NCBI GenBank assembly: GCA_035221665.1
Contig: JAVHYY010000154.1
Location: 434,001 to 498,000, forward strand
From: Okamejei kenojei
Taxonomy: Eukaryota
DNA length: 64,000 bases
Direction of reading: 5' to 3'
Shown here: piece after piece, positions 1 through 12,793 of the stretch
Layout: every line of letters begins with the position of its first letter
How positions within the stretch are numbered: position 1 is the stretch's first letter
Translations under genes and position numbers: made by a program
Notes under the pieces: model-generated
Told to the model about the DNA's origin: nothing
The model's input: only the letters and a program-made list of their open reading frames with translations
Databases searched by the model: none

Positions 1-1440
1 ACATCGCAAGTGTATTCCAGAATTTAATCAACCCATTTAATTTAGTTAATAAAAGCATATAGTTTGCGTTGAGTAATGATTTATATTTCCTAGTAATTTG
101 GATACCCAAATACTCGAATTTTTCTGACGCAATTCTAAAAGGGAATTTCAACAGTTGTGTCGGCTCATGAGGTTTTGTCGTCATAATTTCGCTTTTGTTC
201 CAGTTATTCTATATCCTGAAAAGGAACCAAATTCCACTATTAAATTTAGTATATTTGGAATGCTAATTTGCGAATTTGTAATATATAATAATATGTCGTC
301 TGCATATAATGCAATTGTATTATTTGTTTGGTGTTATATCCATGAATATTCGGATGACTTCTTATACTTTCTGCTAAAGGTTCTATCACTAGTGCAAATA
401 GCAGGGGCGATAATGCGCACACCTGTCTATTGCCCCATGATAACTGGAATTTCGGGGACAATATATATTTAGTCAGTATTCTAGCCGTCGGTTTATCGTA
501 TAATCATTTTACCCATGAGATAAAATTATCTCCCATATAAAATGTTTGCAATAATTTGAATAAGTAATGCCATGCTACTTGATCAAAAGCTTTTTCTTCA
601 TCCAGTGAAATAATTGCTACATCTTCTTCTTCCGTTTTATGTGAGTACATTATATTAAACAGCCGTCTCAAATTGTTAAATGAGTATCTCTTTGGTATAA
701 ACCCCGTTTGGTCTGGGTTTATTAGTTTGCTAACATATTTACTCTATCTTCTCGCTAGGGTCTTTGCTACTTTGTTAAATCTGTATTTAGGAGTGCTATG
801 GCTCTATATGAGCCTGGGTCGTCTAGATCTTTATCCTTTTTAGGTATAAGCGTAATAGTTGACTCGGTTAGTGTTTCTGGTAGTATATTTTCTTTAAAAG
901 CATGTATATATAACTTTTGTAAGCGTGGAGAAATTATCTGGTAGAATATTTTTAGAATTCATTACTAAAGCCATCTGGTCCTGGCGTTTTACCATTCTTC
1001 AACGAATTTATTGTTTCTTCTATTTCCTGAAGTATAACTTTTTTCAGTTGGCGTTCTAAGAGTTTATGTGGTTTATCACCAAATTCGAAATTGTCTTGTT
1101 TTGTAATTTGAAATAATATTATTATTCTTGCCGATAAAATTTTATTTAATTTATATTTTAGTAATGTTATCTTATTATGTTTATCTATGGTTGGTTCTTT
1201 GGCATATTCTAAATCTAATTGTCTAATTTCTTGTTCTAGCTGCAATTGTTCGGTGTTATTCCTTTTATTTTGCAAAGCTTGATATGAAATTATAGTTCCT
1301 CTAATAAATGCCTTAAAAGTTACCCATAATAAAGAGGGTGACATATCTGGTGTATCATTTGTCTCAAAGAAGAATATCATCTGTTCTTTTAAATATGTAC
1401 AACCTTGTTAGTTGTTTAAGATTTGGGGGTTAAGCCTCCA
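1..1440 (-). mobile_element. L1-clade LINE ORF2 fragment (degenerate)
   Basis: Minus-strand ORFs 952-1380 (..LKNGKTPGPDGF..) and 246-461 (GNRQVCALSPLLFALVIEPLA) are typical L1-clade ORF2/RT motifs; broken by stops and deletions. Confidence 0.8.
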
Positions 1441-1449
1441 GAACGATTT

Positions 1450-2355
1450 TACTTCGGAGTCACGTGAGGCCGGGAGGAGCGCTGCTCCTCTACCAGCAAG
1501 CTTAAAAAAGGAACCCTCAGGTAAGTACATCTAACCTAGAGTGGTTAGGGCACTCTGTCTCCTATATTTGCGTTTCAGAGGACCGAGCATGGACAAGGCT
1601 CGAGGAAAGAAAAGGGCCACTTCCCGGCTGACTACGGAGGACCGCGGGACCGGGGGCAGGAAACAGTGGCCAACAACGCCTGAGCTGGCCGTTGAGCATA
1701 AGGCAGCCCCCGACTTCATACCTCTACAGTCCGGAGGACCACCACAGACTGGCGGTAAGGCCGCTTAGAAGCCGGGCAGCCCCGTTGAATCGGTAGCCTC
1801 CGACTTTCTACCGCTGCAGTCCGCAAGACCACCGCGGACTGGTGGTAAGGCCCCGCGGAAGACGGGCAGCCCCGTTGACTCGGCTGAGTGCGGGCCTGAC
1901 GACCTGCCTTTCGCACACAGCGACGGTTGTCATTTATCCCGCATGGAGCGGATGGTGGAGCAATTGTTCCAACGTGACCTACTCCAGCAGGAGTCTGGTC
2001 ACCGTGGGTCTCTCCGCAGACCCACGGCAGTACCCTATTCAGGGCTGCCCAATGTCTCACTCTCCTAGCAGGGGAGCATTAAGAGTCAGGGCTGGGCTGA
2101 CTCCGAAGAGGGGATGGCTGAATAACCCAACTTGCTGGGGGTGCAAGAAGACGAGCTCCTGGGCATGGTATCGAAGTTTGCAATACCATCACAGAAGGGA
2201 CAGCCATTACAACAGTAGCAGGCAGCGAGTATCAACTACCTAACAACGCATCAGCTACAGGAACAAGTTATGACGGATACCACGGGCAAACACCTTGCTC
2301 CAGAGAACTGTGTGTCGCTCAACGTACCGGCAGTCACAACCCCATCTGGGGGAAC
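1450..2355 (+). mobile_element. Probable DIRS-like (tyrosine-recombinase) retrotransposon 5'/gag fragment
   Basis: GC-rich block with ATG near 1588 (MDKARGKK..); about 2275-2350 translates as TDTTGKHLAPENCVSLNVPAV, resembling the PENC-x-L-x-VP-x-VN motif of DIRS gag-like ORFs. Family assignment is from memory. Confidence 0.4.
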
Positions 2356-2600
2356 GTCAGCCCCAGTCTCGCTTGGGTCGGATTGATGAGGACTTCTGTG
2401 AGTGGGAAGAGTATCATGAGAGGAAGGAAGCACGGAGGGACCTGTAGCTTGAGCGGTCCCGAGATGTTTACGCGAGGTCGCGGGTCCAGATGGTGCACGA
2501 TCTGGACCGTGCATCACCTTTCTTTTTCTCTCTGGTGAAAGGGCGGGGTTTCCGCAAACAGCTCCTCGAGCTGCTCGCGGAAAACGGCTCCTCTGTTAAA

Positions 2601-5600
2601 CCATATAACCATATAACCATATAACAATTACTGCACGGAAACAGGCCCTCTCGGCCCTTCCAGTCCGTGCCGACCATTTGTTTTCCCCTAGTCCCATCTA
2701 CCTGCACACAGACCATACCCTTCCATTCCCTTCACGTCCAAAAACCTATCCACTTTACTCTTAAATGTTAAAATCGATCCTGCCTCCACCACTTCTGCTG
2801 GAAGCTCATTCCACACAGCCACCACCCTCTGAGTAAAGAAGTTCCCCCTCACGTTACCCCGAAACCTCTGTCCCTTAATTCTCATGTCATGCCCTCTTGT
2901 TTGAAACTTCCCTACCCTCAATGGGAAAAACGTATCCACGTCAACTCTGTCTATCCCTTTCATCATTTTAAAGACCTCAATCAAGTCCCCCCTTAACCTT
3001 CTGCGCTCCAAAGAATAAAGACCTAACTTGTTCAACCTTTCTCTGTAACATAGTTGCTGGAACCCTGGCAACATTCTAGTAAATCTCCTCTGTACTCTCT
3101 CTATTTTGTTGACATCCTTCCTATAACTAGGCGACCAAAATTGTACACCATACTCCAGAATTGGTCTTACCAATGCCTTGTACAATTTTAACATTACTTC
3201 CCTACTCCTATATTCAATGCTCTGATTTATAAAGGCCAGCACACCAAAGGCTTTATTTACCACCCTGTCTACATGCGATTCCACCTTCAGACAACTATGC
3301 ACAGTTATTCCTAGATCCCTCTGTTCCACAGCATTCCTCAATTCCCTACCATTTACCATGTACGTCCTATTTTGATTTGTCCTGCCAAGATGTAGCACTT
3401 CACACTTAACAGCATTAAACTCCATCTGCCATCTTTCAGTCCACTTTTCCAAATGGCCCAAATCTCTCTGTAGAGTTTGAAAATCTACTTCATTATCCAC
3501 AACACCACCTATCTTAGTATCATCTGCATACTTACTTGTCCAATTTTCCACCCCATCATCCAGATCATTGATGTACATGACAAACAACAGTGGACCCAAC
3601 AGAGATCCCTGAGGCACTCCACTGGTCACCGGCTTCCAACCTGACAAACATCCACCCACCATTACTCTCTGACATTTCCCATTCAGCCACTGTTGAATCC
3701 ATCTTTCTACTCCGCCATTAACACCCAAAGATTGAACCTTCTTGTGAGATACCCTTTATGCTCACAATTAATACTCAAAGACTAAATCCTGGAAGCAAGA
3801 GATTTCTTTATTTTACGAGTCTGCAGACCGGGTGCCTCTCCAACTCGAGACACACCGAAGCCAGAGAGATCATCCCCCTTTATACACAAAATCTTACATT
3901 CAATCTCCCCTCCGAACCTTTCTCCAATCAGGGTCGGAGGTGCACAATCTGTAGGTACAACCCACCGTACATCCCCTCGCACCTCCCATATCATACATTG
4001 CATGTTCAAACATGTTCATGGTAATGAGCAATTTCTTGACCAGGGGTGTGTTGTAATATTCATTTATTCTATTAAGCATGCTCAATTGCTCATGACCTGG
4101 CCCAGTTTTACTCACCTCCTAGTGAACCCTCTCAGTTTTCCTATATCAGTACTAAAGCTAAGCTATAGTGACAGGGGTCCCATCTATCACTCCTTTCCAC
4201 TGATAGGGATCTCTCTACATCACCCCCTTCTCTAGCTATACAATGAATCTCTCCTTACTCAAGGCCTCAAGGATGGGTCTGGCAACCTTCAGACACTGCT
4301 GTCAGAATCCTCTCTCCAGCCCCTCTCTGTTTGAATTCTCTTTAAAACTCCTTTCTTTAATAGGGTTTAATCACTTTATCCCTCACATTCTTAACCAACC
4401 TTCCATGGGGAACCTTGTCAAAGGCATTACTGAAATCCATATAGACAACATCCACTGCTTTACCCTCATCAATTTCCCTAGTTACCGCTTCAAAAATTTC
4501 AAGAAGGTTTGTCAAACATGACATTCCAGGCACAAATCCATGTTGACTGTTCCTGGTCTGACCCTGTTTATCCAGATGCTTATATATATTATCTCTAAGT
4601 ATCCTTTCCATTATTTGCCCACCACTGACGTCAAACTAATAGGTCTATAATTGCTAGGTTTATTCTTTGAACCCTTTTTAAACAATGGAACAACATGCGC
4701 AGTACGCCAATCCTCCGGCACTATTCCCGTTTCTAATGACATTTGAAATATTTCTGTCATAGCTCCTGCTATTTCTACACTAACTTCCATCAATGTCCTA
4801 GGGAATATCCTGTCAGGACCTGGAGACTTATCCACTTTTATATTTTTTAAAAGTGTCAGTACTTCCTCCTCTTTGAATCTCATAGTTTCCATAGCTACTC
4901 TACTTTTTCCCCTTAACTCACAGAGTTCAATATCCTTCTCCTTGGTGAATACCGAAGAAAATAAATTGTTCAATATCTCCCCCATCTCTTTTGGCTCTGC
5001 AGATAGCTGTCCATTCTGGTTCTCTAATGGTCCAATTTTATCCCTCGTTATCCTTTTGCTATTAATATAGCTGTAGAAACCCTTTGGGTTTACTATCACC
5101 TTTCTTGCCAAAGCAACCTCATATCTTCTTTTAGCCTTCCTAATTTCTTTCTTAAGATTCTTTTTACATTCTTTATACTCCTCTAGCACCTCATTTACTC
5201 CATACCTCCTATAATTATTGTAGATATCTCTCTTTTTTCGAAACAAGTGTCCAATTTCCCTTGAAAACCATGGCTCTTTCCAATTTTTACTATTTCCTTT
5301 CAACCTAACAGGGACATAAAGATTCTGTACTTACAATTTCCCCTTTAAATGTCCTCCATTTCTCTTCTACATCCTTCCCATGAAACAAAGTGTCCCAATT
5401 CACTCCTTTAAAATCCTTACGCATTCCCTCAAAGTTAGCCCTATCTCCAATCAAAAATCTCCACCCTAGGTCCAGTTCTGACTCTCTCCATAATTATATT
5501 GAAACTAATGTTATTGTGATCACTGGTCCCGAAGTGCTCACCAACGCATACCTCCGTCACCTGACCTGCCTCATTTCCTAACAGGAGGTCCAGCACTGCC

Positions 5601-6933
5601 CCTTCTCTGGTCGATACCTCTATGTACTGCTGCAAAAAACTATCCTGCACACATTTTACAAACTCCAAACCATCCAGCCCATTTACAGAATGTGTTTCCC
5701 AGTTTATTTTTGGAAAATTGAAATCTCCCACAATCACTACCTTGTGCTTACTACTAATATCTGCTATCTCCTTACATATTTGCTCTTCCAATTCTCGCTC
5801 CCCATCTGGCGGTCTATAATACACCCCTAAAAGTGTTGCTACACCGTTCCCACTTCTCAGTTCCACCCAAATAGCCTCCCTAGACGAGCCCGCTAATCTA
5901 TCCTGCCAAAGCACTGCTGTAATATCTTCTCTGACAAGCAATGCAACACCTCCCCCTCTGGTCCCTCCAATTCTATCACACCTGAAGCAACGAAATCCTG
6001 GAATATTTAGTTTCCAATCACAGCCCTCCTGCAACCATGTTTCACTGATTGCCACAACATCATATTTCCAGGTGTCAATCCAGGCTCTAAGTTCATCCAC
6101 CTTACTTACAATGCTCCTAGCATTAAAATATACACATTTTAGAAACCCACCATCCCTTATTCTCTGTCTATTATCTTTTTCATCTTTCTCGCCTACATTT
6201 TGGGTCCGAGTGCTTCCCTTCTCTGCCTCTTGCCCACACCCTGACCCCTAGCCCCCTCTACCCGAGTCCCCCCCCCCCCAGCCTTTCTAGTTTAAAGTCT
6301 CCCCAGTAGCCTTTGCAAATCTCCCTGCCAGGATATTGGTCCCCCTCGCAACCCGTCCTTTGTGTACAGATCATGCCTTCCCCAAAAGAGGTCCCAGTGA
6401 TCAAGAAACTTGAATCCCTGCTCACTGCACCAGTCCCTCAGCCACTCATTTATCCTCCACCGTATTTCATTCCTACTCTCACTGTCACGCGGCACAGGCA
6501 GTAATCCTGAAATCGTTACCCTTTTGGTCGTTCTCCTTAACTTTCCCCCCAACTCCCTAAATTCTCCCTTCAGGACCTCGTCACTTTTTCTGCCAATGTC
6601 ATTGGTACCTATGTGTACCACAACATCAGGCTCCTCTCCCTCCCTTATCAGAATCTTTTGGACACGTTCTGACACATGCGAGAGCCTGGCACCAGGGAGG
6701 CAAGCTACCATCCGGGTCTCCCGACTGCGTCCACAGAATCGCCTATCCGACCCCCTAACTATAGAGTCCCCTATTACAATTGCCCTCCTCTTTTTGCTAC
6801 CCTTCTGAGCATCAGAGCCGGTCCCTGTGCCGGAGGCCCGGCCGCTGCTGCTGCCCCCAGCTAGGCTGTCCCCTCCAATCGTACTCAATCCCGAGTACCT
6901 ATTTTCCAGGTGTACGGTCACAGGGGTACTCTC
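2601..6933 (-). mobile_element. CR1 LINE, 5'-truncated (ORF1 esterase part, ORF2 APE-RT, 3' tail)
   Basis: ORF 6292-6921 (GDSIVR SGNH esterase), 5441-6100 (APE endonuclease), 4611-5303, 2688-3728 (RT: GVPQGS, YADD). Octamer tail (ttatatgg)n at 2601. TSD taaa at 2597-2600 and 6934-6937. Confidence 0.95.
3743..4387 (-). mobile_element. Solo LTR (645 bp) inserted in CR1 ORF2
   Basis: Termini tgtgag...ctcaca. 4-bp TSD ttct (3739-3742, 4388-4391); removal restores gaaccttcttaacc as seen near 7667. Minus-strand TATAAAG (3878-3884) followed by AATAAA (about 3807-3812). Confidence 0.85.
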
Positions 6934-7199
6934 TAAAGATCCAGAGAAGATCAGTGCTTTAGTTCGGTCCTTTTACAGGTCTCTGTTCCCCGCAGATGGA
7001 TTCAGCGGGGATGCTGAGCTGATCTTGTGGGAGGGTCAACTGACTATAGATAGAGATTTGTTTGAACTCCTTGATGACATCTTTTCATTGGCTGGATTGG
7101 CTGACGGTAGCGTAGGTTAGAATTTTCTGGGATGTCCCGGGGGCTGACTACATGAAGGTCCTGGGGAGGGAGGGGGGTGGGGGTTTGGGGCCTGGCGAC

Positions 7200-7495
7200 G
7201 GGGGATCTATGGAGAGAAGGAGTAGGTTACGTTTCGGGTCGAGACACTTCTGCAGACTGAAGTGGGGTTGGGGGGGTCGGGAAGAAGAATGGAAGAGGCG
7301 GAGACAGTGGGTTGTGGGAGAGCTGGGATGGGGAGGGGATGGAGGCAGAAAGCAAAGACTACATGAAATTGGAGAAGTCAATGTTCATACCGCTGGGGTG
7401 TAAACTACCCAAGCGAAATATGAGGTGCCGCTCCTCCAATTTGCGGTGGGACTCACTATGTTCTGGGCATCCTCCATGGCCAGAATGAGTTACGT
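7200..7495 (-). mobile_element. Penelope-like element 3' fragment (paralogues at about 28395-28675 and 41355-41640)
   Basis: Minus strand encodes RKLEERHLIFRLGSLHPSGMNIDFSNF, the C-terminus of GIY-YIG-type Penelope ORFs. Confidence 0.7.
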
Positions 7496-7604
7496 AGGTT
7501 AAGGCACAATAATTAAACCAGTTTTCCTCATGGTCCAGTGGTCCGGATTCGATTTCCAGTCATGGAAGAGGGAGATTTGTTTTCTCCAGTACGGCCATAC
7601 ACCA

Positions 7605-8430
7605 TTACACTCCCATTCAGCCACTGTTGAATCCATCTTGCTACTCCGCCATTAACACCCTAAGATTGAACCTTCTTAACCAACCTTCCATGGGGAACCT
7701 TGTCAAAGGCCTTAGTGAAATCCATATAGACAACTTCCACTGCTTTACCCTCATCAATTTCCCTAGTAACCTCTTCAAAAACTTCAAGAAGGTTTGCTAT
7801 TTCTACACTAACCTGCTATTTCTACACTAACTTCTCTCAATGTCCTAGGGAATATCGTGTCAGGACCTGCAGACGTATCCACTTTTATATTTTTCAAAAG
7901 TGTCAGTACTTCCTCCTCTTTGAATCTCATAGTTTCCATAACTACTCTACTTTTTTCTCTTACCTCACAGGGTTCAATATCCTTCTCCTTGGTGAATAGC
8001 GAAGAAAATAAATTGTTCAATATCTCCCCCATCTCTTTTGGCTCTGCAGATAGCTGTCCATTCTGGCTCTCTAATGGTCCAATTTTATCCCTCGTTATCC
8101 TTTTGCTATTAATATAGCTGTAGAAATCCTTTGGATTTACTTTCACCTTTTTGCCAAAGCAACCTCATATCTTCTTTTAGCTTTTCGAATTTCTTTCTTA
8201 AGATTCTTTTTACACTCTTTATACTCGTCTAGCACCTCATTTACTCCATGCCTCCTATAATTATTGTAGAGATCTCTCTTTTTTCGAAACGTGTCCAATT
8301 TCGCTTGAAAACCATGGCTCTTTCCAATTTTTACTATTTCCTTTCAACCTAACAGGGACATAAAGATTCTGTATTCTTTCAATTTCCCCTTTAAATGTCC
8401 TCCATTTTTCTTCTACATCCTTCCCATAAA
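7605..8430 (-). mobile_element. CR1 ORF2 fragments
   Basis: Near-identical to parts of the 2601-6933 element (ORF 7808-8146 YSYINSKRITRDKIGPL). Confidence 0.9.
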
Positions 8431-8609
8431 ACTTTCTCTCTGTTCCCGGACTAATTGTACTTCTGTAAGTTTGAACATAATGTATTTTTGTAATATTTCT
8501 CTTTCTCTTCTTTCCCTCGCAACGTGTAATCAATCCATACGATACTACGGTTCTCGGACAGCGCCGCAGATGTTCTGCAGAGCTGTGTGCCTGTATTCCG
8601 CCACGCTGA

Positions 8610-8648
8610 GGTTTTGGTACAGCTATCTCACTGCGCGGTGTCACTGTG
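8610..8648 (-). other. 23-RSS of supporting V, cassette 1
   Basis: Heptamer CACAGTG (8642-8648), 23-nt spacer (8619-8641), nonamer ACCAAAACC (8610-8618). Confidence 0.95.
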
Positions 8649-8954
8649 CGATGCGCGGACTCATCCCACAGTAATACACAGCCTGGTCGCTCGGCAGTAC
8701 TTCAGATAGGGTTAACTGACTGATTTTCTGGCCAGGATCGAGAGAACCAGTAATACGCCCTTCGGCAGCCTCTTCCTTATCTTGCTTTCCTGAAGTGTGT
8801 CTTTGGAGCAGGAATTCCAGAGCGTGTCCTGGAAATTGTCGGTACCAGTGTACTGTGTACGAGCAGAATCCGGAATATACGCAGTTAAGAGTTGCAATGT
8901 CACCAGAAAGAGAGGATTGCTGAGGCGGACTCTGGGAACCCGCGGAAATGGAAT
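8649..8954 (-). CDS. Leaderless supporting TCR-delta-type V exon, cassette 1 (open)
   Basis: Acceptor ttctgcag then (D)SISAGSQSPP..TLNCVYSGFCSYTVHWYRQFPG..DQAVYYCGMSPRI. Canonical C/W/YYC V-set residues, extra Cys in CDR1, 3' 23-RSS, phase 1 matching the J donor at 12696. Confidence 0.92.
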
Positions 8955-9124
8955 CTGCAGAAATTAACAGGGGAATAGTTCTTATTTTAACATTGACTGT
9001 TGAAGACTGTGACATGCGCAGAAAGTGGTTACCGTCGCCGGTAGTTCATCACGTTTGCAAAATGTACGGAAACGTTATTTATGATTCTTTTAATTGTTCC
9101 TGCAACGAGTTGAGTTTTAATTTC

Positions 9125-9470
9125 GTTTAGTTTAGTTTACTTAAGTTTAGTTTAGTGTAGTTTAGTTGAGGGACACAGCGCGGAAACGGGCCCTTCTGCC
9201 CACCAAGTCCGCGCCGCCCTGCAATCCCCGCACATTAACACAATCCCACACACACGATGGATAATTTACATTTATAGAAAGCCAATTACCCTTCAAAACT
9301 GTCCATATTTGGAGTGTGGGAAGAAACCCCAGATCTCGGAGAAAACCCACGCAGATTATCGGGAGAACATACGAACTCCGCACAGACATCACCCGGAGTC
9401 GGGATCGAACTCAGGTCGCTGGTGCTAACAGCGCTGTTGGGCAGCAGTTCTACCGTTGCGCTACCATGGT
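9125..9470 (-). mobile_element. tRNA-derived V-SINE-like element (paralogues at about 30128-30490 and 49407-49707)
   Basis: Minus strand A-box-like TGGTAGCGCAACGG, B-box GAGTTCGATCC, central V-domain-like ..GGGTTTTCTCC..TTCCCACACTCC, (ctaaa)n tail. Confidence 0.8.
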
Positions 9471-10379
9471 GAAAATCACTGACGAATATTCGCGAGGTCA
9501 AACTCTGATTATGAAAGATAAATTGGAAGCATCCCACGCTGTGGGAACAGTCAAAGCGAGCACGGAATAATAGTGGAGCTGATTCAGAGAGTACGGATCC
9601 GGTGAATGTGGCAAATTACCTTACTCGGTTCTCTAACATTTTGTAAATGGTTCTTCGCGTTATAACAATAGAACTAGTCATTCTCCCCACAGCTTGACTG
9701 AAATGTATCCCTTCCTGGATATGATTAAGGTTCAACAGTGATGTGTTGACATTTAAGGTATAAGGATATAAGGTGATGTGATAGGAGTTTAATTAGGCCA
9801 TTCGATCCATCAAGCCTACTCCGCCATTCAATGTTGGCTGAATTATCTCAACTTGCGAACCCAATTCTCCTGCATTCTCCGCAATAACAAACATCTCTGA
9901 CGCCTCGACTAATCAAAAATCTATGTTTCGCGGCCTTAACATCCCCCTCTGAATTGGCCTCCACAGCATTTTGTGTTTAACAACTGGAAGTTCATCTTAT
10001 CAGTGCAATTTACACAACACGGGATAGATGCGCTGCCCTTTATGTATTAAGAGTTGTTTTCATTTTCACTGGGCCACGTCCTTCTACGTTTTACTTTCAT
10101 TTATTGAAGAACAGTTTTAGTTTTCAATCTTGGTCGCCCGCTTTTTGTTGCTTGCGGTTCATATTTTCCCCTCCCGAGAACCGTTTCAACTGTTCTGGCA
10201 GCTGTCGTTTGATTTCAGTTTTTGGAATGTTTACAATGGTTCCAGCTTCACTCGCAGCCCTTCTACTCTCCTGCCAACCTCCCTCTGTTTCCTGGAAGTA
10301 AGAAAGATATTGTTTCCCAGGCTTTCACACGCAGGGGGCGTGGATCAATCCCATGAATTGCATGGGAAAATTTCTAAGC

Positions 10380-11380
10380 CCGATGTAATGATAAGGCGGT
10401 TAGCATGACTTCAATAGTTGGTAACATTTTAGAGACCATTAGTAAAAATGAGGTTCCAGTTACTTTGAAGCACATGATAAAATCGGCGGACAGCAAAGGG
10501 GGGGGGGGGGGGAGCTCTTGCCTGACAAATCTGTTGACATTCTTTGTGAACGTAACAGGCAGGATGGACAAAGGAAAGGCAGAGATGCTGCTTACTTAAA
10601 TTTTCTGATGAATATTAAACGGGGCAGGACGCGATGCGGTCAATTAAGTTTGCAGTATTGGTGTTAGAGATAAGGTATTCGTGTGGATAGAGGATAGGCT
10701 GTCCGTTGCAGGGAAAATATTGGAATAAAAGTTGCTGCCTTTGACTAATGGGTCAATGTTGGGTCCAGTACTTTTCCCGTTGTATGTATACGATCTGGAT
10801 GATGGAAATGATGGCTTTGCGGACGATATCGCTGACGATGCCAAAAATAGGAGAAGGGGCAGGTAGTGCTGAGTAAACATGGAGTCTGCACAGTTACTTC
10901 AACATGTTGGAAGAGGGGCCAAATAAATGGCAGATGGAATACTACATAGCACACTATTCGGGCATGCACTTTGGAGGAATGAATAAAGATGTCGACTATT
11001 TTCTAAATCAGGAGAGGATTCAGAAATTGAGGTGCAAAGGGACTTGGCAATGCTGATGCGGGAATTCCAAAATTCCAGAATTCCAGAGTGAATCGTCGTT
11101 GAGGAGACAAATTAAATTTTAGCATTAATTTCGAGATGACTAGAATATGAAAACAGGGGTCTAATGTAAATGGTAGATTTGTTTTAGGCACTGATTTGAT
11201 CACATTTGGAATATCGCGAGCAGTTTTCGGACACGGATCTGTGGACGGATATGGTGGCTTTGGAGATTGCCAAGCGGAGGTTTACGCGAATTATTTAGGG
11301 ATCATTCGGTCGCGCATTAGAAGCGTTTGCTAACTCCAAGCCTACACACGCTGGACTTCAGAAGGATAAGTTTTGATCAA
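10380..11380 (+). mobile_element. Old CR1 RT fragment in the J-to-V intron (paralogues at about 31400-32300 and 50580-51560)
   Basis: Degenerate SCLTNLL, FADD-like and WQMEY motifs; present in all three cassettes. Confidence 0.75.
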
Positions 11381-12696
11381 TCTGATCACTCTGATTGAAA
11401 TTTGAGCAGCATTGTCATCGGCATTTCGTCCTCACGCTCCAAACTCGGATATCTTCCCCCTTCTAACTGAATTTGCCCTTGCTACATATTGCAATCTTCA
11501 CCCAAGCACTTTTCGTTTTCATTTACAACGGCGGATTTCAATTTCCCTAACGGGCAAATGGCCTAACTCTGCTTCTATGCCTTATGGTCTTTGTCTCTGC
11601 TTTGGATGTGGGCACACCTGTTAAGGCCAACAGCCATTGCCCGTTAGAATCAAAAGTAACGATTCCAGGCTGTTCAAATGTAATCTGTTCCGACAACGGA
11701 ACAGTGACATTCTTACTTGTAGATGCACACAGGCCTAGAAATGCAATATGCTTTATCAGATAACAGCGTCATAGAGTCATGGAGCGATATAACGCGGAAA
11801 CAGGCTCTTTAGCTCACGCTGCCCACACCGGCCAACATGTCACAGCTACAGTAGTGCCACCTGCCCGATTTTGGTCCAAATCCATACAAACCTGTCCTGT
11901 CCATGTACTTGTCTAACTGATTCTTAAACAGTGAGATAGTGGCAGCTTCAACTACGTACTCTGGCAACTTGTTCTGTACACCCACTACCCTCCGTGTGAA
12001 AACGTTACCCCCTCACATCCTATTGAATCTTCCCCTTCAGCTGAAACCTGTGTCCTCCGGTCCTCGACTCACCTACTCTACAAAAGAAACTTTGTGTACC
12101 TACCCGTTCTATTCTTCCCATGATGTTATACAGCACCGTACGATCACACCATTCCTCTCATAACATATGATACAAAAACTAACTCAAAACCTTTGTATAT
12201 CCAGACACAATTATGAAAAGTTTATTAACACAAAGTGCTGCAGTAACTTGTCGACCAAGAAGGTGAATCCACATAGTGTTTTGGAGCAAGCCGGCGGTTT
12301 GGTGGTAACATTAACTGCGCCGGTCAGGCAGCATTTCAGGAGAACATTGATAGTCGACATTTGGTATCAAGATTTCAGATTCCGATTTCAGCGTCGGCAT
12401 TTCCTTGTGTCTGCATAGAAATTCATAACTGTGGTTAGCACTGTATGGTGTTCCCGAGCCTGATGGTTTTGGGGACGTAGCTATTCTTGAACCTGATTAA
12501 CTTTGTGCTCCCGGGGAGCCCCACATATCATCTCCTTGGACTCGCGCGTACCGTAACATCTGGACCAAGTTGCTGGAATCCTTTATGAATGGAATGTGTT
12601 TCAATTGGAAAGCAATTGAAACCTCGAGATTTAATGTTAAAGGGAACTGAATATTTCTAAGAACATCCGTGGATAAGAGAGATTTTGGGTACCTAC

Positions 12697-12754
12697 CGGC
12701 TGTAACAGTCACCGTAGTCCCAGTCTCGACCTGAACGTAAGTGGCCCATGAAGT
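12697..12754 (-). CDS. NAR-TCR J segment, cassette 1 (TSWATYVQVETGTTVTVTA)
   Basis: Preceded by a 23-RSS; ends G|GTAGGT (phase-1 donor); GTTVTV J motif, with the first Gly of GxG replaced by Glu. Confidence 0.9.
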
Positions 12755-12793
12755 CACAGTGCCCCGTCTCCCGATGCTCGCAGTACAAGAACA
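12755..12793 (-). other. 23-RSS of J, cassette 1
   Basis: CACAGTG 12755-12761, 23-nt spacer, ACAAGAACA 12785-12793. Confidence 0.92.

Larger units (their letters stand above)
2364..7170 (+). mobile_element. Tx1-like LINE ORF2 fragment (2364-2600 + 6934-7170), split by a CR1 insertion
   Basis: Reads RSRVQMVHDLDRASPFFFSL..LLAENGSSV|KDPEKISALVRSFYRSLF, similar to Tx1 ORF2. The paralogous copies near 28091 and 41068 are uninterrupted (gttaaagatccag). Confidence 0.7.

Noticed and set aside
8955-9015. ORF-track N-termini (MSQSSTVNVK.., MVRLKFPL..) as signal peptides of the V genes
   Set aside because: They are intron read-through upstream of clear splice acceptors; the true leader of the first V is a separate exon.
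9400-9470. tRNA-like A/B boxes
   Set aside because: SINE head, not a tRNA gene; no complete cloverleaf, and it continues into SINE body and tail.
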